A stretch of 46,020 bases of DNA from Actinomycetota bacterium (GTDB lineage: Bacteria; Actinomycetota; Acidimicrobiia; IMCC26256; JACDBD01), in assembly GCA_046724435.1 (NCBI GenBank), contig JBKOWN010000010.1, positions 1 to 46,020 of the forward strand, given 5' to 3'. The position numbers were made by a program, and so were the translations under genes. Each line of letters starts with the position of its first letter. Position 1 is the stretch's first letter. Below the pieces are notes generated by a model, which was not told the origin of the DNA, searched no databases, and saw only the letters and a program-made list of their open reading frames with translations. Below are positions 9,778 through 19,156 of the stretch, one piece after another.

Positions 9778-10923
9778 ATGCCGCCAAAGCCAAAGTCAGC
9801 CGCGGCCGGCGTCGACCTTCCTCTCGGCAGCGATCCCCGCCGCGCACCCGCCCGGTCGGTAGCGTTGGGGATCGCACACTCCCCGGTACGCCGCTGCTTG
9901 CTTGTCGCGCTCATCGTCGCCTGTGGGCTTCTGATCCCATCGCTCGGCGCGACCACGACGCCGGCGTCCGCGCAGGAAGCCGATCCGGTCACGCAGGCGA
10001 ACGACGCCGTCGCCGAAGCCCAGGCGCAAGTGGACCAGGTAGCCGGCGCGTATTTCGATGCGCTCCAGCGAGCGCAACAACTCGACGCGCAGATCTCCGA
10101 GCTGCAAGCTCGCATCGACGAGTCGAAGCAGCGGGTGACCGAGCTCAAGACAATCACGAAGGATCGTGCGGTCGCGGCGTACAAGCGCACCGGGAACACG
10201 CTCGGGAGCGTGTTCCTCGACAACCCGGGCGCCACCGAGACCGCGCACCGCATCAAGTTGCTCGACATCGTGAACGCTCACGACGACGACGCCGTCCGAG
10301 CGTTGCGCCATACGCAGGATGATCTGTCGCGTGAGCGTCAGGACCTCGAGGCGGCGCGGGAGGAACAGGCGAGCGCGCTCGTTCGCCTCAAGGAGCAGGA
10401 CCAGGAGGTCAATGCGAAGCTCGTCTCGGCCCAGGCGCAACGACAGGCCGCCCTCGAGCAGCAACTCCAAGCGCAACTCCAGGCCCAACTTCAGGCGCAA
10501 CAGCAGGCCGCCGCGGAGGCTGCGGCGGCGGCGGCCGCCGCGGCAGCGACGCCGCCCCCGACGCAACCGCCGCCAGCGCAACCGCCCCCGACGCAACCAC
10601 CCCCACGCCCGAACACCCCCGCGCCGGTCCCCGCCAGCTCCCCGCCGAACGGCGGCGTGAGCCCGCACCACAACGACCCGTACCTGACCTGCGTGCGCCG
10701 CCACGAGAGCAGCGACAACTACCAGGCCTACAACCCCGGCGGACCCGCCTACGGCGCCTACCAGTTCCTGCAGAGCACCTGGAACCTCGCCACCAACCAC
10801 GCCGGCCGCGGCGATCTCGTCGGGACCGACCCACGGCGCGCCTCCGCGTACGACCAGGACGAGATGGCCTGGGGCCTCTACCAGTGGGAGGGCAAGCGTC
10901 CCTGGTCCGTCGACCCCTGCTGA
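9778..10923 (+). CDS. Secreted coiled-coil protein with a C-terminal Rpf-like/transglycosylase domain
   Basis: Signal peptide, CwlO/PcsB-like coiled coil, Q/A/P-rich linker, CVRRHESSDNY...GAYQFLQSTW...QD..A...PW; start uncertain. Confidence 0.8.
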   Translation: MPPKPKSAAAGVDLPLGSDPRRAPARSVALGIAHSPVRRCLLVALIVACGLLIPSLGATTTPASAQEADPVTQANDAVAEAQAQVDQVAGAYFDALQRAQQLDAQISELQARIDESKQRVTELKTITKDRAVAAYKRTGNTLGSVFLDNPGATETAHRIKLLDIVNAHDDDAVRALRHTQDDLSRERQDLEAAREEQASALVRLKEQDQEVNAKLVSAQAQRQAALEQQLQAQLQAQLQAQQQAAAEAAAAAAAAAATPPPTQPPPAQPPPTQPPPRPNTPAPVPASSPPNGGVSPHHNDPYLTCVRRHESSDNYQAYNPGGPAYGAYQFLQSTWNLATNHAGRGDLVGTDPRRASAYDQDEMAWGLYQWEGKRPWSVDPC

Positions 10924-11050
10924 GGGCGCCGAGCAGGCGGGGCGAATCCGGCGCTCGCCAGGCCCGTCGGCACGGCGGCATGATCTGCGCAACAAGCCGC
11001 TCTTTGCAGTCGACATCGAGCGCGTGGACGCAAGGGGGAGGGCGATTCCA

Positions 11051-11431
11051 GTGGACGTGAGATCGATCGTCGATCGCGAGCCGGAGGTCGAGCACAACGG
11101 AACCGTCCCCGTGTGGTACCTCGTCCACCCCCGGGAGATGAAAGAGCTGACCGACGGCGGTTTCGTGGAGTTGATCAACGAGTTCGAGGTGGCGGCGGGT
11201 GGTGCCGTATTTCCCCACAGCCACCCGACGCACGAGTGGTATTTCGTGATGTCGGGACGTGGCGTCATGACCGTCGACGAGGAGGAACGCCCGGTCGGAC
11301 CCGGCGACCTCGTCTACATCCCGCCCGACCAGGTGCACAGCCTCCGGCCCGTCGGCGGCGGCGCGATCCACTGCTTCTGCTTTGCCGTCGGCGTCAAGGG
11401 CGCCGGCGTCGTGGATTACAAGACCCACTGA
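11051..11431 (+). CDS. Cupin domain protein
   Basis: PHSHPTHEWYFVMSGRG and GDLVYIPPDQVHS cupin motifs; GGGAGGG upstream of GTG 11051. Confidence 0.88.
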   Translation: MDVRSIVDREPEVEHNGTVPVWYLVHPREMKELTDGGFVELINEFEVAAGGAVFPHSHPTHEWYFVMSGRGVMTVDEEERPVGPGDLVYIPPDQVHSLRPVGGGAIHCFCFAVGVKGAGVVDYKTH

Positions 11432-11461
11432 GCGCGCGAGTCGGGACGCCGTCCCCGATGG

Positions 11462-12361
11462 TTACGGGATAGCGGCGAGGAGCGCGTCCTTCGCGCCGGT
11501 CATGCCGAGCTGGTTGGGATGGACCGGTGCCGCCGGCGCGGCCGGTACCACCGGCTCGACCCAGCGGACCGTGGGGATCCGGCACGCGTCGTGCCCGATG
11601 CTGGCCGCGTACGTGTCGACGAACGTGGCGTCGTTCGCCGCCGCCTGCTGGGCGATCATCGCATTGAGGGCCTTTTCGATGCCACGCAGGTACGGCACGT
11701 CGCCGGGCGTCATCGGCATCTGCGGGTAGCACCCCTCGGGCGCGCCGCCGACGAGCGGACCCTCGGGAAAGATCGCCTCGTAAGCGAGGATGTAGATCTT
11801 CGCCCGCGGGGCGCGCTGATGGATGCCCTGCAGCGTCGCCGCGACCTTCGGCGCGGTGTCGGCGATGCGCTGCCTGAGCTCGTCATGGCCGTTCACGACG
11901 TACTTGTCCTGGCACGGTGTGCCGACGGGCGTGGCGCTGGCGCAGTCCTCGGCGATGCTCGTGAACCCGATGTCGTTGCCGCCGATCGTGAGCGTCACCA
12001 CACCGGTCTTGAAGTCGAGCGCACTGAACTGCGGTGGGTTCGGACCGTCGGGAGAGACGCTCTGAGGATTGGTCATGTCGTCGGTCGTGGCGCCGCCGCA
12101 GGAGATGTCGACGAACTTCGGCAGCGCGATGGACGGCGCTGCGAGGTGGGGGTAGTTGTGGTCGGACTTGAGGCAGCCGTACGGCGGGACGGGGAACGGG
12201 ATGATCGGTCCCGACGAGTACGAGTCGCCCAGGGCGACGTACGTGTCCGGCGGCGGGGGCGGTGGGGGCGGCGGGGCCGGGTTGGCCGGGCTCGCCGAGA
12301 AGCAGGCCGTCGCGAACAGGCCCACGGCCAGCAGGACAGCGATCCGACGCCCCGTCACCAA
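11462..12361 (-). CDS. SGNH/GDSL lipase, probable lipoprotein
   Basis: YVALGDSYSSG, TIGGNDIGF and VHPN motifs; lipobox-like FATAC. Confidence 0.9.
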   Translation of the reverse strand: MVTGRRIAVLLAVGLFATACFSASPANPAPPPPPPPPPDTYVALGDSYSSGPIIPFPVPPYGCLKSDHNYPHLAAPSIALPKFVDISCGGATTDDMTNPQSVSPDGPNPPQFSALDFKTGVVTLTIGGNDIGFTSIAEDCASATPVGTPCQDKYVVNGHDELRQRIADTAPKVAATLQGIHQRAPRAKIYILAYEAIFPEGPLVGGAPEGCYPQMPMTPGDVPYLRGIEKALNAMIAQQAAANDATFVDTYAASIGHDACRIPTVRWVEPVVPAAPAAPVHPNQLGMTGAKDALLAAIP

Positions 12362-12440
12362 GTCTCCCCCCGACGACCGACCACCTGACTTCTACCACGC
12401 GATCGCGTGATCGAAACAAGCGCGGAGCGGATCGGATCCG

Positions 12441-13208
12441 TCACACGAATTCGGCGAACACCGGTCGGAACTGGTCGACGATCATCTCGACGCGCGTGCA
12501 GATCCTGTTCAGCATCGCCCAGACGCCGACGCCATCGCCGAGCGGTGTGTTCCGGAACGCGATGCGCACGACGAAACTCGGCTCCACATCCATCTCCGGA
12601 GCCGGAGGGTCGAAGGTGAATCGGGCGAGCTCGGCGCCCAGCTCGAGGCGACCTTCGGGAAAGGCGGCCTCGACGAGGCCGTCGGGGTTGTAGTTGGAGG
12701 TGCCGCCGAATCGGTACCCGGTTGTCTGCAGCGTCCGGCGGCTCGCGAGGTTCGACAGGCGCCCGAGGATCATGAGCGAGTCGTAGTCGGCACCGTACCT
12801 ACCGTGGTACGGCTGCAGTCGTTCCAACGGTGCGACCTGATCCGGCCCGATGCCCCGCAGCTTCCCCAGGTTGTCCCAGAACTCTCCCGGCGACGCGTAG
12901 ATCGGGAAGCGCGTGTCGCGAGCCAGGTCGGGCGGCAGCGTGCCGGAGTAGAGGATCGCGAGCTCGTGGGCGAGATGGTCGAGCGCCGACGCGGCGTTGT
13001 GGAGACAATCGCCGATGACCGGCCCCCACTCGGGGCGAGTCTTCCGGAAAGCCTTGACCCGGTATACGTGCTCTCGCCCGACGCGTTCGACGTCGTGCCG
13101 GAACCGGTAGGCGTCGTGCTCGAAGGCATCGAACTCTCTCTCGAGCATGTCGAGGTGATCGCGCGCGCGGTCGCAACTGAGCCCAACGCCGTCCAGCGGG
13201 TGAGGCAT
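12441..13208 (-). CDS. Hypothetical protein, helical HEPN-like family resemblance
   Basis: IGDCLHNAASALDHLA...FPI...LQPY...L.RLSN pattern; start taken at MPHPLDG. Confidence 0.55.
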   Translation of the reverse strand: MPHPLDGVGLSCDRARDHLDMLEREFDAFEHDAYRFRHDVERVGREHVYRVKAFRKTRPEWGPVIGDCLHNAASALDHLAHELAILYSGTLPPDLARDTRFPIYASPGEFWDNLGKLRGIGPDQVAPLERLQPYHGRYGADYDSLMILGRLSNLASRRTLQTTGYRFGGTSNYNPDGLVEAAFPEGRLELGAELARFTFDPPAPEMDVEPSFVVRIAFRNTPLGDGVGVWAMLNRICTRVEMIVDQFRPVFAEFV

Positions 13209-13329
13209 CGCAGGACCCTTGCTCTTCGGGCGGGCAGGCACGACCGGACGCGAAGCTAATAATTTCGACACGTCCGTGATGGAGGGACGGCTCCTGGCGA
13301 GGGGCGCAAACCGGAGGGATGTGCAGAAA

Positions 13330-13830
13330 ATGAGCGCGGACGCGCAAGCTTTCGGTGCAATCGTCGCCGACCTGGACACTCCGGTGTACGTCGTGACGAC
13401 CGCAGCGGGAGACGAGCGGGACGGCTGCCTGGTCGCTTTCGCGTCGCAGTGCAGCATGAAGCCGCCGCGATTCGGGGTCTGGCTGTCAAAGGAGAACCGC
13501 ACGTACCGCATCGCGCGGTCGGCGGAGACACTCGTGGTCCACATCCTCCGCCAGGGGGATCAGGACCTGGCGCGCCTCTTCGGTGCCCAGACCGGCGACG
13601 AAGTCGACAAGTTCACGGGCATCCAATGGCGTTCGGGGCCTGACGGCTGTCCCGTGCTCGCGCGCTGCGACTGGTTTGCCGGGTCGATCGTCGAACGCGT
13701 CGATACCGGCGATCACGTCGCGTTCGTGCTCGCCCCCCACGGCGGGCAGTGCGACCGGTCGGGCACCCATCAGCTCGGCATGCAGGAGATCGGCGACATT
13801 CGGGCGGGGCACCCGATCCCGGGGAATTGA
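13330..13830 (+). CDS. Flavin reductase family protein
   Basis: VYVVTT...GCLV.FASQCS..PP, FGAQTG..VDKF and GDHVAF motifs. Confidence 0.9.
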   Translation: MSADAQAFGAIVADLDTPVYVVTTAAGDERDGCLVAFASQCSMKPPRFGVWLSKENRTYRIARSAETLVVHILRQGDQDLARLFGAQTGDEVDKFTGIQWRSGPDGCPVLARCDWFAGSIVERVDTGDHVAFVLAPHGGQCDRSGTHQLGMQEIGDIRAGHPIPGN

Positions 13831-13844
13831 GCCTGTTCTCGGCC

Positions 13845-14636
13845 ATGCAGATTGACCTTCGCCTCGACCCGTTCGACACACCGTGGGTCCACGTACGGGA
13901 GGCGGTCCGCGCCGCGGCGGACGGCGGGTTCGAAGGAATCTGGACGCCGGATCATCTCGACGGGCGTGTCTTCGGCGCGTCGGAAGTGCTCGAGTGTTGG
14001 ACCACGTTGACCGCGATCGCCCTCTCGACGTCCGACGTCATGCTGGGTCCGCTGGTGTTGAACGTCGCGAACCGCGATCCGGGTGTGCTCGCTTCGATGG
14101 CCGCAACCCTCCAGGACATCTCCGGGGGACGTCTCCTGTTGGGGCTCGGTGCCGGCGGCGGGAAAGGCGCGCCGTTCCGCCGCGAGCAGGAAGCGATCGG
14201 ACGTGCCGTCCCACCCGACCCCGCACGCCGCGCGCGGGTCGAGTCGTGCGTCGCGGAGATGCGTCGCCTCTGGAGTACTCCGGGTTTCCTGCACCCGGAC
14301 CCGGCACCACCCGTCGTGATCGCCGCCTTTGGCCCGAAGATGGCCGAGCTGGCCGGGCGCGCCGGCGACGGCATCAATGCTCCCGCCCAGCATCCGCGCC
14401 TGCGCGAGCTCGTCGGCATAGCCCGCGCCGCCCGGGTGGACGCCGGCCGCGACCCCGCTCGCTTTCTCGTGACCGTCTACTCCGAGTTCCACGAGAGATG
14501 GTTCGACGTCCAGTCGCCGGCGCGCGCAGAGCTGGCCGCGTCGGGAGTCGATCGTCTGATCCTGTACCTCGGACCGCCGTTCGAGAACGCGCGCATCCGC
14601 CGAGCAGGTCGACTCCTGCACGAACCCGCCGGTTGA
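13845..14636 (+). CDS. LLM-class (luciferase-like) flavin/F420-dependent oxidoreductase
   Basis: IWTPDH, ECWTTLTAIA, LGPLVLNVANRDP, SGGRLLLGLGAG and GPKMAELAG motifs. Confidence 0.88.
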   Translation: MQIDLRLDPFDTPWVHVREAVRAAADGGFEGIWTPDHLDGRVFGASEVLECWTTLTAIALSTSDVMLGPLVLNVANRDPGVLASMAATLQDISGGRLLLGLGAGGGKGAPFRREQEAIGRAVPPDPARRARVESCVAEMRRLWSTPGFLHPDPAPPVVIAAFGPKMAELAGRAGDGINAPAQHPRLRELVGIARAARVDAGRDPARFLVTVYSEFHERWFDVQSPARAELAASGVDRLILYLGPPFENARIRRAGRLLHEPAG

Positions 14637-14675
14637 GCACGCGCTCGGCAAGCGCGTACCCGTACGCTGACCGGA

Positions 14676-15602
14676 ATGGCGGACGAAGAGCATCACGACG
14701 TCGTCATCGTCGGTGGTGGCACGGCAGGGGTGAATTGCGCGCTGGAATGCTTCGACATCCAGCTCGACACGGTTCTCGTCGAGGCGAGCCCCACCTTGGG
14801 TGGCCAGCTGTCCGAGATTCTCCACTCCGTCCGCAACGTCGCCGCCGGGCCTTTCCCCGACGGTCGAGCGCTGCAACGGGCGCTGGTCGAGTCGGCCGAG
14901 ATCCTCGGCGACCGGGTGCGGCTGTCGCATCCCGTGACGAGGGCGGATGTAGAAGGCCGTGCGGTCGAAGTCGACGGCCTGCGAATGTCCGGCCGGGCCT
15001 TGGTCGTCGCCACCGGTACGAGCAAGCAGTACCTCGAGGCCGCGCCCGACGGCGCGTTCGGCGGTGATGTCACCTACCAGCTCGAGCCACAGTTGCCCAG
15101 CTTTGCCGGGCGCGACGTCGCGGTCATCGGCGGTGGTGACAGCGCGACCCTGGATGCACTCGAGCTCGCCCGCCGGGGTTCATCCGTCAAGTTGATCCAC
15201 CGGTCGCCGGATCTCACCGCCCGGCAGGACATCCTTCGCCAGCTGCAGGACCAGCCTCGGATCGAGGACCTGCCCGGCTGGGAGCTCGAAGCAGCGCACG
15301 GCGCGGAGCGACTCGAGAGCATCGTCCTCGTGCGACGGTCGACCGGCGACAGGAAGGAAGTCGCAGTCCAGCGTTTGGTCGTCAAGATCGCGCGCACGCC
15401 CAACACGCAGCTGCTCGAAGGGCAGCTGGAGCTCGACCGGTCGGGAGCGGTGGTCGTCGATCGCGAGTTGCGCGCTTCCCGGGCCGGGGTCTTCGCCGCG
15501 GGCGACGTCGTCGCCGGTGCCTACGCCCGGGTTGCGGCCGCGCTGGGACAAGGTTCGTTGGCGGCGCGGTCGGTCTTGCATTCTCTCGAAGGACGATCGT
15601 GA
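14676..15602 (+). CDS. Thioredoxin-reductase-like NAD(P)/FAD oxidoreductase lacking CxxC
   Basis: GGGTAG, VATG, GGGDSA and GVFAAGDV motifs; the usual CATC position reads VTYQLEPQ. Confidence 0.82.
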   Translation: MADEEHHDVVIVGGGTAGVNCALECFDIQLDTVLVEASPTLGGQLSEILHSVRNVAAGPFPDGRALQRALVESAEILGDRVRLSHPVTRADVEGRAVEVDGLRMSGRALVVATGTSKQYLEAAPDGAFGGDVTYQLEPQLPSFAGRDVAVIGGGDSATLDALELARRGSSVKLIHRSPDLTARQDILRQLQDQPRIEDLPGWELEAAHGAERLESIVLVRRSTGDRKEVAVQRLVVKIARTPNTQLLEGQLELDRSGAVVVDRELRASRAGVFAAGDVVAGAYARVAAALGQGSLAARSVLHSLEGRS

Positions 15603-16153
15603 CACCCGCTGACTCGTCGGCTGACGATGAGCTCCCGACGAGCGACGAGGTAGTCGCCGAGTTTCGACGCGCTCTTGATGATCCGGAGCGGCGATCGACG
15701 CGCAATCTCGTCGGGTACCTGATCGATCTGCTTCGCAGCAACCTCGCTCAATGGAACTGGGAGGACGAAGCACGCGACTCCGGGGCCGACGACGCGGCCG
15801 TCGCCGAGGCGAAGCGAGCGATCGACCAGCTCAACGCGGCAAGGCACCACCTGGTCGAAGAGATCGACGCGGCCATCGACCGAACCGGCGGGCAATCCGC
15901 GTCGGCGCCGCTTGCGACGGAGAGTCCCGGGATGGCGTTCGATCGACTCTCCGTGCTCGTGATCCGGATCCGCCACGCCGAGCGGGTGGCCGGCGAGGGC
16001 GCGTCGGACGCCGATCTCTACGCCTCGCGCCTGGCGGTCCTGTACCGCCAGCTGGCGGACCTCCAGGAGGCCATCGACGGCCTGATCGCGGACGTTCGCG
16101 AAGGTACGAGGCGCTTCGTTCCGTACCAGAGCTTGAAGATGTACGGGCAGTAG
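15599..16153 (+). CDS. DUF4254-like helical protein
   Basis: N..QW..ED.AR, KRAIDQLN..R..LVEEID, TESPG.AFDRLS and Y..LKMY motifs; GTGA overlap with the upstream gene. Confidence 0.8.
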   Translation: MTPADSSADDELPTSDEVVAEFRRALDDPERRSTRNLVGYLIDLLRSNLAQWNWEDEARDSGADDAAVAEAKRAIDQLNAARHHLVEEIDAAIDRTGGQSASAPLATESPGMAFDRLSVLVIRIRHAERVAGEGASDADLYASRLAVLYRQLADLQEAIDGLIADVREGTRRFVPYQSLKMYGQ

Positions 16154-16162
16154 CCGAGCGGC

Positions 16163-17215
16163 TCACGCGGCGAGCGTCGACAGGGCGACGGTGTGGAGCC
16201 GGTACCCGCCGCGATTGAAGCCGTAGAGGATGCGGTCGCCCACGACGGCGGCGTGCGCAATGCCGAGCGAATCAGCAGCGAGGCCGTCCGTGCGGGCCCG
16301 ATGGTCGCCACTCGCGGTGCGGTACACATCCACCTCGCCCGCCCGGCCGATCCCGCAGACCCGTCCGGCCGCGAGGACCACCGCCGTGCCCCCGTTTCCC
16401 CATGCGAGGTCGCGCGCGAAGCGGCCCCGGACCACCGTTCTCCCGTCGGCAAGGTCCAGCGCCGCGAACCCGCCTCCGTGAAGCTTCTCCCAGTCGTAAT
16501 CGTCGATCCCGTGTGCACCGATCTCGGGGCCGGCAACCCAGAGAAGCTCTGCGTCCTGAACGAAAGTGGCCGGTTCGAAGTCGACGCCGACCTCCCAGCG
16601 CAGCCGGCCGACGTCGCCGCGATCGATCGGGACGAGACCGGCGCGGCCGTTGCCGCCGACGGCGAGGGAGCGCCGCTCGCCGGCGTGGGCGGTGGCGAGG
16701 GCCGTGACCATGCCCCATGCCTCCAACTCGACGTGGCCGTCCAGGCGCGCGCCGTCGGCGGACGCGGTGATCGGCTCCGACACCAGCACGCCTCCCGCTT
16801 GTTGCTCGTGCGGTAGCGACCCGATGAGCCGATCACCGAGTGCCACAACGCGCTCCATGTCCGGGGCGAAGTCAGCGGTCCACACCGGCTCGATCCGGCG
16901 GGGCGCGCCGCTGGTGTGAATCTCGGAACGCCGGAACGCCCGCAGGAGCCCGAGATGATTGAGCACCACGACGACGCCGGCCGCCGGGACGTCGAGGATC
17001 GCGTGAACGTCAAGATCGTATTGCGACGGCTCGTCGTCATCGGGAAACACGGTTTGGTCGAACACTGCACACGGCTCGAAGGCGCGCGAGGCGAACACGA
17101 CGTTTCGACCGAGGTTGTTCCATGCACAGACATGACCGAGGTCGACGACCCTCCCGATCCCGGCGGGTTGCGAATTCCGAACGCGGCTCCGGGGGTGGGA
17201 GTCCAACTCGGTCAT
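16163..17215 (-). CDS. Hypothetical cytoplasmic beta-rich (propeller-like) protein
   Basis: ATGA overlap with the GT9 stop; no signal peptide; beta-strand-rich repeats. Confidence 0.65.
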   Translation of the reverse strand: MTELDSHPRSRVRNSQPAGIGRVVDLGHVCAWNNLGRNVVFASRAFEPCAVFDQTVFPDDDEPSQYDLDVHAILDVPAAGVVVVLNHLGLLRAFRRSEIHTSGAPRRIEPVWTADFAPDMERVVALGDRLIGSLPHEQQAGGVLVSEPITASADGARLDGHVELEAWGMVTALATAHAGERRSLAVGGNGRAGLVPIDRGDVGRLRWEVGVDFEPATFVQDAELLWVAGPEIGAHGIDDYDWEKLHGGGFAALDLADGRTVVRGRFARDLAWGNGGTAVVLAAGRVCGIGRAGEVDVYRTASGDHRARTDGLAADSLGIAHAAVVGDRILYGFNRGGYRLHTVALSTLAA

Positions 17216-18111
17216 AGCAGTTCCCGGAGCGCGTCCATGACGTCCGCCGGACGGATCCCTTCGAGACACCGCGCTCCTACCGGGCAACTCCGTGGCTGCC
17301 ACGCCGAGGCGGGCGAGCTCACCCGAGCGTTATACGCGTATGTCCTCTCCATCGACCGGCACGATTCGTCGCAGCGATCGCCCACGACCGCCCGACAGTG
17401 GGGCCACGGCCGGAAGTAGACAGCTCGGTCCCGATACATCCCGACGGTCGGCGTTCCTTGCTGGACGGCGATGTGGGTCAGACCGGTGTCGATGCCAACG
17501 ACCGCACGACACGACGTGAGCACGTCGACCGCGTCGCCGGGTGTCGGAGCCCGGACGGTCTCGATCCCGGTGAGGGACATCTTGGCAACGGGCTCGTCAC
17601 GGGTGACCATGCGGACGTCGTTGCCCCCGTCTCGGATCTCGCGGTCCACCTCGGCCCAGCGTTCGGGGGCCCAGCGTTTCGTGCCGTCGCTCTCGGTCAC
17701 GAGGATGACGGAGTCGCGAAGGTCGGCGCGTGCTCGCCGCACGTCCAGCGCGACCGGCCGTGAGAAATCGGCGGGGATCCCGAAGTCTGCGCAAATGCGC
17801 CCCAGGATCTCGTTGATCTCGAGGGGGCCGACGGCTCGGTCGAACTCGGGCGATCCCCACCAGTAGTCCCGTTGCAGCGGGTGATCACGCAGATCGAAGA
17901 AGCGACCGCCCGCTCGGGCGGGATCGAAGGTGTCCTCGTGCACGCAGCCGCCGAGCCCGGCGATGCGATCCGCCAACACGGCCTGACCGGCTGACCGCGC
18001 CACCAGCCACGTCTCCCCGGGGTTCTCCGTGATCAACGCCTGGATCGCGGGCAGGGACACGATCAGATCGCCCAGGCCGAAGGAGAACGGGGCGATGTAG
18101 GTGCGCCGCAT
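17212..18111 (-). CDS. Glycosyltransferase family 9 (heptosyltransferase-like)
   Basis: GLGDLIVSLPAIQAL, KRW..ERW, VVGIDTGLTHIA...TPTVG and a C-terminal Cys cluster ending CLEGI.P.DV. Confidence 0.85.
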   Translation of the reverse strand: MRRTYIAPFSFGLGDLIVSLPAIQALITENPGETWLVARSAGQAVLADRIAGLGGCVHEDTFDPARAGGRFFDLRDHPLQRDYWWGSPEFDRAVGPLEINEILGRICADFGIPADFSRPVALDVRRARADLRDSVILVTESDGTKRWAPERWAEVDREIRDGGNDVRMVTRDEPVAKMSLTGIETVRAPTPGDAVDVLTSCRAVVGIDTGLTHIAVQQGTPTVGMYRDRAVYFRPWPHCRAVVGDRCDESCRSMERTYAYNARVSSPASAWQPRSCPVGARCLEGIRPADVMDALRELL

Positions 18112-18131
18112 CAGGACGAGCCTCGAGGTCC

Positions 18132-18800
18132 TCAGCGACTCGCATAGGTCGTGACGTCGTCGATCGAGGCCGCCGCGAAGGCGCGCCGGCGCTCCGCGCA
18201 CTTGTTGCATTGCCCGCAATGGCCTCCCGCGGCCGGGTCGATGCACGAGAACGTGTGCTCGAGTTGGAGCTGCCGACCACGTTCCAGGACGTGGGCCTTC
18301 TCGAGCTCGGAGAACGGCGTCGCGATCTCGAGGCGATGATTCACGGCGGTACGAACGAGCGATTCGACGTCGCCGAAGAACTCGCGGCTGCTGTCCGCGA
18401 AGGGATTCCCCTTCAGCGTGCCGAGAGCGACGGTCGGATAGCCGTTGAGCGCACACCAGATCGATGACTTCGACAGGAGGAGCAGGTTCCGTCCCGGTAG
18501 GTAGACGGCTTCGTCGGGCGTGTGCGCGTCGGGTACGTCGTCGGCGGAAAGGCTCCAGTGAGCGCCGTACGTATCGGCGACCGGGAGGTCGAGCGTCACG
18601 AGAGACCGAAGCCGGGAGCCCGGCAGCGTGTCGAGGAAACGCCGCAGGTGGCTCTCCTCGGTCTCTTCCCACGCGAGACCGAACCGGACGTAGAGCGGCT
18701 GCACGATACGCCCTTCCTCCAGGTACTCCGCCGTCAACACGGCGCTGTCGAGACCGCCGCTGGCCAAGACCGCGACGCCGTCGCGGTCGGGCAAGGTCAT
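18132..18800 (-). CDS. queC: 7-cyano-7-deazaguanine synthase QueC-family protein
   Basis: SGGLDS PP-loop, YLPGRN and TFSC..P...[11 protein letters not shown] zinc motif. Confidence 0.88.
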   Translation of the reverse strand: MTLPDRDGVAVLASGGLDSAVLTAEYLEEGRIVQPLYVRFGLAWEETEESHLRRFLDTLPGSRLRSLVTLDLPVADTYGAHWSLSADDVPDAHTPDEAVYLPGRNLLLLSKSSIWCALNGYPTVALGTLKGNPFADSSREFFGDVESLVRTAVNHRLEIATPFSELEKAHVLERGRQLQLEHTFSCIDPAAGGHCGQCNKCAERRRAFAAASIDDVTTYASR

Positions 18801-19156
18801 GCATCACCTCGATACACGCACCCCGAGGTACAGGTCTCGTGGACGACGACCTGGGACAGCTCGGGAAGGGAAGGCGCGACGCGATCCCAGATCCACCGGG
18901 CCAGGAGCTCGCTCGTCGGGTTCTCGAGCCCGGGAACTTCGTTCAGGTAGTAGTGGTCCAGGCGATCGAGGACCGGTCGCATCGCACACGCGACGTCCCC
19001 GAAATCGCGAACCCAACCGGTCTCCTCCCCGAGCGGCCCCTCGATGTGCACTTGCACCCGGAACGAGTGTCCGTGGAGACGGGCACACTTGTGACCCGGA
19101 GGTACGTTCGGCAGACGGTGCGCGGCCTCGAACGTGAACTCCTTGAAGATCTCCAT
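18797..19156 (-). CDS. queD: 6-carboxytetrahydropterin synthase
   Basis: [31 protein letters not shown] and ENPTSE; ATGA overlap with queC. Confidence 0.95.
   Translation of the reverse strand: MEIFKEFTFEAAHRLPNVPPGHKCARLHGHSFRVQVHIEGPLGEETGWVRDFGDVACAMRPVLDRLDHYYLNEVPGLENPTSELLARWIWDRVAPSLPELSQVVVHETCTSGCVYRGDA

Noticed and set aside
10450-10620. Low-complexity Q/A/P repeats
   Set aside because: An ordinary linker of a secreted cell-wall enzyme.
17212-18807. 531-aa ORF suggesting a QueC-GT9 fusion
   Set aside because: Its N-terminal part is an off-frame read through queC. QueC has its own stop at 18132 and GT9 motifs begin at ATG 18111.
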